Shown here piece by piece: positions 49,748-63,093 of a DNA stretch of 64,000 bases; positions within the stretch are counted from its first letter, which is position 1, and the number at the start of each line of letters is the position of its first letter. Source of the DNA: Cetorhinus maximus (lineage: Eukaryota). Both the position numbers and the translations under genes were made by a program. The stretch spans positions 47,182,001 to 47,246,000 of the forward strand of contig NC_135892.1 of NCBI RefSeq assembly GCF_964194155.1. Direction: 5' to 3'. A model generated the notes under the pieces. That model searched no databases and was not told the origin of the DNA. It saw only the letters and a list, made by a program, of their open reading frames with translations.

Positions 49748-52700
49748 TCAATCGGCGCTGGCATTCAAGTTACTAGACTGCCAAAGTATCAAATATAGAA
49801 GGCTTCTAGTTCTAAAAGGAGTTATGTTTGCAAAAAGACATACATTGCTAGAACAGATGTTAGAAGCTCTAAAAAGATTCCTTGGGAAACATTCCTTTCT
49901 AGCAGCGTTCATAGTGCAAATGGGTCATTTGGCAATAAGACAGAAAATGGAGGATACGATGTTAATGGGATGGTGAGATCATTTACAAAAAAGGACACAG
50001 GCATCAGTACGAAAGGAGATTTGTAACTAGAAGCAATGATTGCAGAAACACCTTGGACAATTTGGCAGGAGAAAAAAATTAGAGATTTATGACAAAAGAA
50101 CGAACCCCAGAAATGCTCAGGGTGTGTTCAATCAGTGTTTTAGACATCATTCAAAATATCATTATGCAACGAACTGTCCTAAATGATATGTGTTCAAAAT
50201 TAAACATGAGACATTTTCTGACTCAGAAAACGATGGAGATATTGACCAAAGAGAGGGCATTGTATTAGTTACAAGAAGTTTCAGCCCGACAATGAATGTT
50301 TTGGTGGCAGAGTCCTTCAACTGTGTGGAGCTAGATAGTTGATGCATGTCTACAGTCTGTGGAATAGATTCGTTAAAATGCTACCTGGACTCCTTAAATG
50401 ACAAGGTCAGGAAAGTTAAACAATTTGAGATTTCCACCAGTTTTAGATTTGGAGATGATAATACCCAAAATCTTTAAAAAGTGTAGTGATTCCCTGTAAG
50501 ACAGCTAGAGTCAGTTATTTCATCAGCATGGATGTAGCGTCTAGCAAAATACTGTTACTGTTGAGCAGAGCATCGATGAAGAAAGCGCAAATGAAGCTGG
50601 ACATGGAAAATGACAAGGCCATTGTATTTGGAAAACCTGTGGATTCATAAGTTATGCAATCTGGACACTACCGTATTCCTTTAATGAAACCTTACTTTCC
50701 TACTAAGGAGATTAAAGAAGTGTTATTAGCATTGGGATAGGAATTTGGAAGACAAAGCAAATTGTGTTAAAATTGCATCAGCAGTTTGCCCACCCTTCTT
50801 CACAAAAGATTAAAAATTTTGCAAAGGGATGGAGAGTACAATAAACTTGTAGACGAGATAAGCGATAGATGTGATATATGTACAGAAGGACACCGTCACG
50901 GCCGATAGTGAGTCTACCTTTAGTGAGGCATTTCAATGAAGTTGTGGTGATGGATTTAAAGGTATGGGATAAAGAAAAGAACATTTTTATTTTACATTTA
51001 GTAGATTCGGCAACCGGGTTTAACCCAGTTGGCAATCATATACAGTAAAGAAAATAATTGTGCATCTGGTAATGGAGAAGTAGATAGGGACTGGATTGGG
51101 ACCACCAGCGAAATCCCTCACTGATAATATGAGGGGGCGGGGGGGGTAGGGGGGGCGGGGGTGGTGGGGGGGTAGATTGCTAACGATGAGTTCCAGGATA
51201 TGTGCAGAAACATGAAAATAATAATAAAATACTGCAGCTGAAACTCCCTTTAGTAATGGAGTTTGTGAGGGAACCACGTGGTTATAGATGAGATGCTTCA
51301 TTAAAATATTGGCGGATGGACCAAGCTGTAAATTAACATCAGCTCTAGCATGGGCTGTCAATGCCAAGAATTCACTGCAGATGGTTGGGGGCTATAGCCC
51401 ATTTCAGTTGGTTTTTGGTAGAAACCCTAGAACTCCTTTAGTCCAGAATGATCATCCCCCAGCTTGGGAGGGAACTATGATTAGCTCTGCCTTTTCTGAA
51501 TATTTAAATGCCCTACATGCGGGTAGAAAAGCGTTCCTTAAAGCCGAAGTTTCAGAAAGAATTCGGAGATCTCTAAGGCACAATGTATTTCCGTTAGAAG
51601 CTATTTTCGATCAGAGAGATGTGGTATACTATAAAAGGGAAGGACTTAATGAGTGGAAAGGCCCGGTAAAGATGGTAAAACAGTGATTTTACAACATGGG
51701 AACCAGACTATTCGGGTACATTCATCAAGGTTAGTTGGTGCAGACTACAAATTTGTGGGTTCGGAAAGTGTTGTACAAAGGGACAAGGGACCATGTACTT
51801 CTCATAGCCATGTGTTACATGATTGTGAAGACCAGGTAGCTGAAGTTGACAGGGTATCTGAAGATAGACAGTAATTCAGACAAAAAAATTGTGGTGATTT
51901 GTCCCAGAGGGCAACTGCCGAAAGCTGGCAATAAAGTTACCTCCTTGCCAGAAGAGGCCAGTCAATGGTGGGATGTGACGATTGTAAGTAGCGTAGGGAA
52001 GGTCACTGGAAAATATAAAACCTGGTTAAATGTACAAGATAAAGGACAGGAGGTTAGGTCTATGGATTGGAAACATGAAGTACAAAAATGGAAGGCACGG
52101 AAACACAATATCAGTTCAGACAGTGGGTCTGGGAGTGAACATGCCCCTAGGAAGAGATTACTAACTGTTGAAAGAACGTCTATAAGTGGGAGAGGGAGAT
52201 CAAATGGTAACAGTCTGAAGCAGGATAGAGGGCATTCCTTAACAAGGTCAAGGAATATAGCACAGATTCATAACGCTACGGGAAGCAGAAGCCCATGTGA
52301 TCAAGAAGTCTTAGTAGCATCAAATAAGTTAGACAATAAATGAATAAAGGATGCCTAACAGCAAGACCTACATGGTTATAAAGAACTTGAGGTATGCACA
52401 GAGGTGCCAGATAGGGGACAACCAGCTCTGTCTCATAGATGAATATGCACGGAAAAGGTGCTTCCTGGTGGGACTTATAAAGCTAAAGCCAGGCTAGTGG
52501 CATGAGGGTTTAGATAAAAATTGGGTGATCAGGATATAAGAGTAGATTCACCTATGGCAGGGAAAGTTATGCTGAAGATCTTTTTGGCTCTATTAGCTAT
52601 GAATGCTTGGGAATGTAATTCCATTGATATTAAAGCTGCTTTTTTGCAGGGGCACCAACTTCAAAGGGACCATCCATCCACCAAAAGAGGCACTAAATGC

Positions 52701-53677
52701 AGAAGGGACTCCCTGGATGCTAAATAAATGCATATTTTTCATATACATAGTTTAAATGATGCCTCCAGAGTTTGGTATTTCTGTGAGGTCAGTTTTGTTA
52801 AAGTTGGGCTGTCTTCAGTTGGAAGAAGACCCAGCAATATTTCATTGGCACCATGGAGGGAAACTTGCAGGCATCTTTATGATGCATGGAGGTGATTTTT
52901 TGGTTTTTGTGGGGTGGTAGTAGAGAATTTGAAACAGTTGTCATTAATGGGCTCAGAACAGAGTTTAAAATTGGAGGTTAGGCTTCTGGTGCACTTAAGT
53001 ACATTGGATTGGAAAACAGGCAGAGAGGACCTCACATCCTTTTACATCAGTAATCCTATTTAGAGAACATCAATCTCATTGCAATTAGTCATGGTAGGGC
53101 CTTCCAGAAAGATACAGTGGCTTCTGAAACAGAAAGAGGAACTCAGAAGTCTAATGGGGCAACTCAATTGGCTAGGCAAACAAGGCCAGGTGTCAGTTTT
53201 GACATTTTGGAATTGAGCACTAAAGTGAATGATCCCAAGGTTGAAGAAATCATTCGGGCAAACAAAACATTGACACAATTAAAAATGGAGCAGTGTGTTT
53301 TGAAATTCCCATCTTTGCGTGATGTTAGAAAAATGAAACTGAGTTCAGTGATGCATCTTATGCAAATCTATGTGATGGATTTTTGAGCGTGGGAGGATTT
53401 ATAATATTCCTATTGGGGGTGGGATGGGGAGAGGCAAATGTTGCCCTTTGGCATGGGAATCTGAAAAGATACATAGAGTTGTGAAAAAGTACATTAGCAG
53501 CAGAGACTCTCGCCCTTGTTGAGACAGTAGATATGGCATTCTTTATATCAAATATACCAGCAGAAGTTTTAAATGGAAAAGGGTATTCAGGAATGGTACC
53601 TATCCAATGTCTTGGAGATAACAAGTCACTTAGGAAAAATGTTCACTCTACAAAGTGTGTTAATGAGAAGAGATTAT

Positions 53678-54330
53678 GGCCAGAATTTTCCCGTCGGTGA
53701 TTTGGAGGCGGGGCCCGCTCACCGATCAGAAAATGATGCGGAATGACGTTGGGAGGAACCCCCGACATCATCCTGGTCCTTTTAAATTTTTAGGAAGGCG
53801 GGTGGACAGCGAAATCAGCTGTCCATCCGCCGAATGAAGGCCATTGACAGGCTAATTAAGATCAAAGACCCTGCCCGTCCAACCTTAAGGCTGGTGGGCA
53901 GGCCAGGAGCCCCAGGGGGCTCCTGATAATACATGAAACTTCATCCACTGGCAGGATGAGGTTGCATGTCCGTTTTTAAAAAGTTTAATAAAGTTTGTCA
54001 TTTTTATTAGCATGTCCCATCTTGTGTGACATTGTCACATGGGGGGGGACATGTTAATAGTATTTTTATTTTTCTATTTTTTAACTTTTTTGTGCCTGTC
54101 AGTAATCTCCCTGAGACAGCACTTAGTCTCAGGGAGCAGTGCACTTTGACACTCCCCCCCCACCCTGCACAGGAAGCACATAGCACTTCCAGTCGGGAAG
54201 GCCATTGGGTGGGCCTTAATTGGCCCGCCCACTCAATGGGGGTGGGCCCCGTTTCGGCGGTGGGAGTTGGCTGTCTGCCCGCCGCCGAGCCAGTGGGGCC
54301 CACACACCCACCAAGGGCAAAACTCTGCCC
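53678..54330. mobile_element. Harbinger-type MITE inserted in Copia RNase H
   Basis: TIRs ggccagaatttt / aaaactctgccc, TSD tat; removing it restores EKRL*IDIA (KRLRIDIA). Confidence 0.88.
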
Positions 54331-55360
54331 TATGAATTGACATTGCAACTTAAAACAGATTTGGAGGAATAAGAAGATTGCCAAGATCAATTGGATTGAT
54401 AGCAGCAACCAATTATCTGACTGCTTCACCAAAAGAGGTGCAAGTTCCATGAAGCTACTAGAGATCCTCAAAGAGGGACGTCTTTTTCTTTAAGAAAAAA
54501 TACTACTTTTGTGTGGACATGTGTATACATGTGCGTTTTTAAGGAGCGGAATAAGGTTAATTTATTGAAAAAAATATATATTGATGTCTGTTATTACCAT
54601 TATTTTTTGTGATTATATTAACTCAGGGTTAATTTCTTTTTAAGAAGAGGGAATCTGTTAGGAAAGGAAACAGTTAAAGAAGTTCAATTGCTATTTATTA
54701 GGTTCTTTAACTAAGTATCCATTTGGTTGACTCTAAGAATTAAAATGGAAACAGCTGAGACTAGGGCTGTCTGTGAAGAGTTTTATGACAAGCAATAAAA
54801 CTGTCTTGGTTTCGGTCTTCATTTCTAAACAATTATTGGAACTTAACATCCTGCCATCCCACACTCTGGCCCCTCCTCTCCTGCCATCCTGTATTCCTGG
54901 CTCCTCTCTGTCCCACCTGCACTCTGGCTCCTCTGCCTGCTCCTTCAGTTCTTTCCTCCCACTTTTCCGGCTCCCCCTGCAGCTACTCCTCTGTAAACCG
55001 CATGCTTCTTTGGCACTAGCCACTCCAGGCTCCAGCTCCCCTATGGCTCTGCCCCGGCTCCTCCAGCTCTACTCCAGTTTACCTCATTTCCCTTCCCCCT
55101 CTGGCTCCACAGTCCCACCAATGTCAGAAGCAGCAGTTAAGGGTAGAGGACCTAGGGGTGCCTGGGTGTTGAGGGTAGTGGAGTTGTGGTGTCCAACGGT
55201 GGGGGTGGGGTATCTAAAGGAGCCAGGGGTGTGGGGGGTGCTGGAGCATGGGGTTGAAGCTTGGAGTCAATAATGTGCGAGGAACAGATGCCAACAAACC
55301 TTTGCACAAACCTTATAAACATGTTGTAAGTATCTTTTTTAAATTTCAGTTTTTAGACGT

Positions 55361-56700
55361 GTTATAACTTTGAAACTATTTTAAAAATCATTGAAGCAAA
55401 TTTACCTGTCTTGAAGACTGCCCTCATGCCATCTTCAGTTTGTGACATCAGAATAGGACATGACAATGCAGGCACACTGGAAACCCTTGCTGCTTGTCCT
55501 AACACTAGATCCTACTGCAGGAAGAAGAGGAAGTTTTCACTGCAGCCTACGGATAAGGTAAGGATGGAATTTTTTGGGAAAGTTAGCAGTAAATGCCGCA
55601 GCTTCAGTGCTCAGAGGAAAATCCAGGACAGGCTGATGGGGGTTATTTTGGCCAAAAGGTGAAAACAGGTGCTAAATGGGTGCTGTGATCATCAGAATTA
55701 CCTTTTTGAAAGTCTGTATCTGGCATGCAATTTTGGTCTTAATTATTGATTTCCATCATCTAAGGACATAAGAAATAGGAGCAGGAGTAGACCATATGGC
55801 CTGCTGAGCCTGTGCCACCATTTGGTACGATCATGGCTGATCTTGGGCTTCAACTCTGATCCACCTCAGCCTCCACCAGAGATCCCCAGCATCACAGGTG
55901 CCAGTCTTCAGCTAATTCAATTCACTCCACATATCATCAAGAAATGGCTGAAAGCACTGGATGCTGCAAATGCTGTGGGCCCTGACAATATTCCGGCAAT
56001 GAGCTCCAAAACTTGCTGCGCCCCTAGCAAGTTGTTCCAGTACAACTACAACACTGGCATGTACCCAGCTCTGTGGGAAATAGCCTTTGCAGTATCCAGC
56101 GCTTTCAGCCATTTCTTGATATCGTGTGGAGTGAATTGAATTAGCTGAAGACTGGCACCTGTGATGCTGGGGATCTCTGGTGGAGGCTGAGGTGGATCAG
56201 AGTTGAAGCCCAAGATCAGCCATGATCTTACCAAATGGTGGCACAGGCTCAGCAGGCCATATGGTCTACTCCTGCTCCTATTTCTTATGTCCTTAGATGA
56301 TGGAAATCACCAATTAAGACCAAAATTGCAAGTCAGATCCAAACTTTCAAAAAGGCAATTCTGATGATCTTAGCACCCATTTAGCACCTGTTTTCACCTT
56401 TTTGGCCAAAATAACCCCCATCAGCCTGTCCTGGATTTTCCTCTGAGCACTGAAGCTGCGGCATTTACTGCTAACTTTCCCAAAAAATTCCATCCTCACC
56501 TTATCCGTAGGTTGCAGTGAAAACTTCCTCTTCTTCCTGCAGTAGGATCTAGTGTTAGGACAAGCAGCAAGGGTTTCCAGTGTGCCTGCATTGTCATGTC
56601 CTATTCTGATGTCACAAACTGAAGATGGGTTGCATGAGGGCAGTCTTCAAGACAGGTAAATTTGCTTCAATGATTTTTAAAATAGTTTCAAAGTTATAAC
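55361..56700. repeat. Large inverted duplication, arms 55361-55974 and 56082-56700, spacer about 107 bp
   Basis: Arms are reverse complements with roughly 20 differences, including a 4-bp indel, counted by eye; mirrored ORFs 55822+ and 56046-. Confidence 0.95.
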
Positions 56701-58078
56701 ATTATAAAATTATAATGTCTTGTACACAAAATGGAGGACAAATCCAACCCAGCCAATGCCTCATCAGTCTGCTCTCATCAGTATTGTAATGTAATGGAAG
56801 GGGTCATCAACAGTGTCATCAAGCAGCACTTGCTTAGCAATAACCTGCTCACTGATGCCCAGTTTAGGTTCCGCCAGGGCCACTCAGCTCCCAACCTCAT
56901 TACGGACTTGGTTCAAAAATGGACAAAAGAGCTGAACTGCTGAGGTGAGAGTGACTGCCCTTGACATCAAGGCAGCATTTGACAAGAGTGTGGCATCAAG
57001 GAACACGAGCAAAACTGGAGTCAATGGGAATTGGGGGTGGGGGAGAAACACTTTACTGGTTGGAGTCATACCTAGCAGAAAGGAAGATGGCTGTGGTTGT
57101 TGGTCAGTCATCTCAGCTCCAGTACATCTCTGCAGGAGCTCTTCAGGGTAGTGTCCTCAGCCCAACCATCCTCAGCTGCTCTAGCAATGACCTTCCTTCC
57201 ATCATAAGGTCAGAAGTAGGGATGTTTGCTGGTGATTGCACTATTTGTAACTCAGATCCTGAAGTGGTCCATGTCCAAATGCAGCAAGATCTGGACAATA
57301 TCCAGGCTTGGACTAACAAGTGGCCAGTAACATTTGTGTCATAAGTGCCAGGCAATGACCACCTCCAACAAGAAAGAAAGAATCCAGCCATCGCCCCTTG
57401 ATGTTCAATGGTATTACCATCACAGGAAGCCCCACTATCAACATCCTGAGAGTTACCATTGACCATAAACTGAACTGGACTAGCCATATAAATACTGTGC
57501 AAAATTGTGTGATGAGTGACTCACTTCCTGACTCTCCCAAATCTGTCCACCATCTACAAGGCACAAGTCAGGAGTGTGATGGAATACTCCCCACTTGCCT
57601 GGATAAGTGCAGCTCCCACAACACTGAAGAAACTTGACACCATCCAGGACAAAGCAGCCCACTTCATTTGCAACACATCCACAAACATTCACTTCCTCCA
57701 CCACTGTTACAGTAACAGCAGTGTGTACCATCTACAAGATGCACTGCAGAAATCACCAAGGCTCCTTCGACAGCACCTTTCAAACCCACGACCACTATTA
57801 TCTAGAAGAACAAGGGCAGCAGATAGATGGGAACACCACCACCTGCAAGTTCCTCTCCAAGTCACTCACCATCCTGACTTGGAACTATACTGCTGTTCCT
57901 TCACTGTTGCTGGATCAAAATCCTGGAACTCCCTTCCTAACAGCACTGTAGGTGTATTTACACCACATGGACTGCAGTGGTTCAAGAAGGCAGCTCACCA
58001 CCACCTTCTCAAGGGCAACTAGGAATGGGCAGTAAATGCTGGCCCAGCCAACAAAGCTCACATCCCATGAATGAAAAA
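55856..58078 (+). mobile_element. 3' half of a LINE of the second CR1/L2-superclade family, split by the inverted duplication
   Basis: QFRFRQGHS, ALDIKAAFD, QGSVLSP, FAGD, YKAQVRSVMEY; 3' tail shared with the SINEs. Confidence 0.85.
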
Positions 58079-58079
58079 C

Positions 58080-58852
58080 GATTCCATTTTCTAGCCTGCT
58101 CCCTATATCCCTTGATTTCCTGAGAGACCTAAAATCTGTCTATCCCGGCCTTAAATATATTTGACAATGGAGCATCCACAACCCTTGGGTAGAGAATTCC
58201 AAAGATTCACAAGCCTTTGAGTGAAGAAATTTCTCCTCATCTGTCCTAACAGATCATTCCCTTATCCTGAGACTGCCCCCATGTTTTAGATTCCCTGACC
58301 AACAATCTCTCAGCATGCGCCCTATCAAGCCTCTTCAAAATTTGGTAGGTTGCAATGAGATAGACTCTCATTCTTCTCAGCTCAACATAGGACAACCCCC
58401 TCATCCCAGGTACCAATTTAGTGAACCTTTACTGTACCGCCTCCAGTGCAAGTATATCCTTTCTTAAATGTGGGGACCAAAACTGCGCACAGTACTCCAG
58501 ATGCAGTCTCAACAAAACCCTACACAACTGCAGCAAGACTTCTTTATTCTTGTATTTCAATCCCCTTTCAATAAAGGCCAACATGCCATTTGCCTTCCTA
58601 ATTGCCTCCTGCACCTGAATGCTAACTTTCTGCATTCCTTGTACAAACACACCCAAGTCTCTTTAAAAAAACTTGTAAGAGTTGATGTTCAAACATTTTT
58701 TTATTCTTATGAACAAATTGAATAACTTCACACTTTCCCTATATTATACTCCATCTGCCATCTTGTTGCCCACTCACCTAAGCTGTCTATATCACTTTGC
58801 AGCCTCTGTGTCCTCCCCACATCTTACCCTTCCACCTAGTTTGGTATCATCA
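58080..58852 (-). mobile_element. Older CR1 fragment, continuing at 63094-63270
   Basis: KANGMLAFI, LEYCAQFWSP; ttggtatcatc|agcgaactt rejoins across the younger CR1. Confidence 0.8.
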
Positions 58853-61800
58853 CAGAATCACATAGTGCAGAAGAGGTCCTTCAGCCCATCGACTCTGCAC
58901 CGACACGTGAAAAACACCTGACTTACCTACATAATCCCATTTACCAGCACTTGGCCCATAGCCTTGAATGTTATGATGTGCCAAGTGCTCATCCAAGTAC
59001 TTTTAAAGGATGTGAGGCAACCCGCCTCCACCACCCTCCCAGGCAGTGCATTCCAGACCGTCACCACCCTCTGGGTAAAAAAGGTTTTCCTCACATCCCC
59101 CCTAAACCTCCTGCCCCTCACCTTGAACTTAGGTCCCTTCGTGACTGACCCTTCAATTAAGGGGAACAGCTGCTCCCTATCCACCTTGTCCATGCCCCTC
59201 ATAATCTTGTACACCTCGATCAGGTCGACCCTCAGTCTTCTCTGCTCCAATGAAAAAAACCCAAGTCTATCCAACCTCTCTTCATAACTTAAATGTTTCA
59301 TCCCAGACAACATCCCGGTGAATCTCCTCTGCACCCCCTCCAGTGCAATCACATCCTTCCTATAATGTGGCAACCAGAACTGCACACAGTACTCCAGCTG
59401 TGGCCTCACCAAGGTTCTATACAACTCCAACATGACCTCCCTACTTTTGTAATCTATGCCTTGATTGATAAAGGCAAGTGTCCCATATGCCTTTTTCACC
59501 ACCCCACTAACATGCCCCTCCACCTTCAGAGATCTATGGACACACACACCAAGGTCCCTTTGTTCCTCAGAACTTCCTAGTGTCATGCCGTTCATTAAAT
59601 ACTTCCTTGTCAAATTATTCCTTCCAAAGTGTATCACTTCACACTTTTCAGGGTTAAATTCCATCTGCCCATTCGACCATCCTGTCTATATCTTCCTGTA
59701 GCCCAAGACACTCAACCTCACTGTTAACCACCAGGCCAATCTTTGTATCATTCACAAACTTACTAATCCTACCTCCCACATAGGCATTTATGTCATTTAT
59801 ATAAATGACGAATAATAGGGGACCCAGCACAGATCCCTGTGGTATGCCACTGGACACGGGCTTCCAGTCACTAAAGCATCCTTCAGTCATCACCTTCTGT
59901 CTCCAACAACTAAGCCAATTTTGAATCCATCTTATCAAATTACCCTGTATCCCATGTGCATTTGCCTTCTTTATAAGTCTCCCATGTGGGACCTTGTCAA
60001 AGGCTTTGCTGAAATCCACATAAACTACATCAACTGCACTACCCTCATCTACACATCTGGTCACCTCCTCAAAAAATTCAATCAAATTCATTAGGCATGA
60101 CCTCCCTCTGACATGCTGACTATCCCTGATCAAACCTTGCCTCTCCAAGTTTTCTCCAATAGTTTCCCTACCACTGACGTGAGACTCACTGGCCTGTAGG
60201 CTTATCTCTATAACCCTTAAATAGTGGAACCACATTAGCTGTTCTCCAGTCTTCTGGCACCTCCCCTGTGGCCAGAGAGGAATTAAAAATTTGGGTCAGA
60301 GCCCCTGCGATATCCTCCCTTGCCTCCCTCAGCAGTCTGGGACACAAATCATCTGGACCTGGAGATTTGTCCACTTTTAAGCCTGCCAACACCTCCAATA
60401 CCTTGCCACTCCCTATATCAAGTTGCTCAAGAACCTCGCAGTCTCTCTCCCAGAGTTCCATACCTTCATCCTCATTCTCTTGGGTGAAGACGGATGTGAA
60501 GTATTCATTCAACATTCTAGCGATGTCCTCTGGCTCCACCCATAGATTGCCCCCTTTGTCCCTAATGGGCCCTACTCTTTCCCTGGTTATCCTCTTCCCA
60601 TTGATATACTTATAGAATATCTTGGGATTTTCCCTACTTCTACCAGCCAGAGCTTTCTCATATCCCCTCTTTGCTCTCCTAATTGCTTTATTAAGCTCCA
60701 CCCTGCACTTTCTGTACTCCACTAATGCCTCCGTTGATTTGCTTCCCTTGTACCTGCTAAAAGCCTCTCTTTTCCTTGTCATCGTAACCTGAATATCTCT
60801 GGTCATCCATGGTTCTCTGGGCTTGTTACTCCTTCCTATCACCCTAGAGGGAACATGTTGAGCCTCTACCCTCCCCATTTCCTTTTTGAACCCCCCCCCC
60901 CGCCTCCACTGCTCCTCTACAGATTTCCCCACAAGTAGTTGTTCCCAATCTACCTTGGCCAGATCCTGCTTTATTTTACTAAGACCACTCTCCCACAATC
61001 CAAAACATTTTTTTGTAACTTGTCTATTTCTTTCTCCATAACAAACTTAAACTGTACCATGTTGTGGTTGCTATCACTAAAATGCTCCCTCACCACTACC
61101 TCGGCCACCTGTCTGGCTTCATTCCCCAGAATTAGGTCCAGCACTGCGCCATCCCTTGTTGGACCCTCTACATATTGACCTAAAAAGTTCTCCTGTACAC
61201 ATTTCAAGAAATCCACTCCATCCAAGCCCATCCACTATGTCCACCCCAATTAATGTTGGGAAAGTTGAAATCACCTAATATAATTACCCTATTGTTATTG
61301 TTTTTACAGTCCTCCGCAAATTGTGCTCCTCAATTTCCCGCTGACTATCTGGGGGTTTATAATAAACACCCAACAATGTGGCTGCCCCTTTTTTATTCTT
61401 AAGCTCTACCCACAAAGCTTCATTCAATGCCCCATCCAAGATATCATCTCTCCTTACTGCAGTAACTGACTCCTTAACTAATAATGCAATGCCTCCTCCT
61501 CTTTTACCCCCTCCCCTGTCTCGCCTGAAGATTCTATATCCCAGAATGTTGAGCTGCCAATCCTGCCCCTCCCTCAACCACGTCTCCGTGATGGCTACTA
61601 TATCACAATTCCCCATGTCAATCCTCACCCTTAACTCATCTGTTTTACCTGTAATACTCCTGGCATTAAAGTAGAGGCCATCCAGCCTTGCCTTACTCCC
61701 TTGAAACTTAATGCAGTTGTACTCCCTCTGACTTGATTGTTTTACTGTATTATGATGCGTGCCTATTCTGCTAACATTATGCCCCCTCCCCCTGCTGAAT

Positions 61801-63093
61801 TAGTTTAAACTCCTCCCAACAGCACCAGCAAACCCGCCTGCAAGGATGTTAGTCCCACTATTGTTCAGATGTAGACCGTCCCGCTTGTACAGGTCCCACC
61901 TTCCCCAGAAATGACCCCAGTGATCCGGGAATCTAAAACCCTCCCTCCTGCACCAACTCTTAAGCCACGTATTCATCTGTGCTATTCTCCTATTCCTGAG
62001 CTCGCTAGCACGTGGCACTGGGGGTAATCCAGAGATTACAACCCGAGAGGTCTTGCTTTTTAGTCTACTGTCTAACTCCCTGAAATCTTGATGCAAGACC
62101 TCATCCCTCCTTCTACCTATGTCATTGGTACCAACATGTACCATGACCTCTGCCTTATCACCCTCCCCCTTCAGGATGCCCTGCAGCCGTTCAGTGACAC
62201 CCTGGCACCAGGGAGGCAACATACCATCCTGGAGTCATGTTGACGGCCACAGTAGCGCCTATCTATTCCCCCGACTATAGAATCCCCTATTACTATTGCT
62301 CTTCCTCTCTTCCTCCCCTCCTGTACAGACAGGCTGCTTGCGGTGCCAGAAGCTTGGCTCTGTCTGCACTCCCTGGAGGAACCAGCACCCTCATCAGCCT
62401 CCAAAATGGAATGCCGATTTGCGAGCAGGACCCCAGGGGGCTCCTGAACTACCTGCCTGTTTCTCTTGGACTGCCTGGTGGTCACCTATTCCCTTCCTTC
62501 CTCAAGTCCCTTCAGAGGTGTGACCACCTCTCTAAACTTGCTATCCATGATGCTCTCAGACTCACGGATGCTCCACAGTGTCCCCAGCCACCGTTCCACC
62601 TCTGAAACCCAAGCTTCCAGGAGCTGCAGCTGGACACACTTCCTGCACACATGCTGGTCCCGGGCACTGGAAATGTCCCCGGCTTCCCACATGGAGCACG
62701 AGGAGCACACCTGGCTTTGAGCTCTCCTGCCATGACTTATCCCTTTAAATTAAACCTTTAAATCAATTACTCTAGGGCCCTTCTTTCCTGTCCTTCGTTA
62801 CTATAGAACATACAAACTATAAACCACAAAAAGACCTTCAACTATAAGTCATTATAGTAAATACTTACCCAACCTTACTCACTACTTACCAGTCATTCCT
62901 TTTCCTTGTAGCCTCTACTGCTGCAGCAGGGCAAGACCATTCTCTGAAGATTTAAGAAGTTGAATATCCAAGAAGACATGCAAAGAGCACCTCTTCCCCA
63001 ATGCACTGAATCTCACTGTGCACCAAATTGCCAATACCTACACTCACTCTGGCTGTATCTCACTCAGGATGAGCTCTCTCCCCTGTTCGTGTG
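58853..63093 (-). mobile_element. Near full-length CR1 LINE: 5' UTR, ORF1 (Zn finger, SGNH esterase) and ORF2 (endonuclease, RT), both disrupted
   Basis: ORF1 62733-61800 with CSSC..WE, CRKC, IGDSIV, HVGTND, DGLHLN; ORF2 with ITETWL, KSPGPD, DFSKAFDKVPH, PQGSVLGP, FVND; possible TSD catca. Confidence 0.93.

Larger units (their letters stand above)
48543..54848 (+). mobile_element. Complete but decayed Ty1/Copia LTR retrotransposon, probably GalEa clade
   Basis: LTRs 48543-48724 and 54656-54848; 5-bp TSD tcctg; PBS tggtagtaggggatggtttc (initiator tRNA-Met type) from 48726; PPT aagaagagggaa. Order gag, Zn knuckle, PR (LDS), IN (HQQFAH, ETPFSNG), RT (KARLVA.GF, DIKAAFLQG), RNase H (STLAAETLA, QLSDCFTK). 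Confidence 0.92.
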
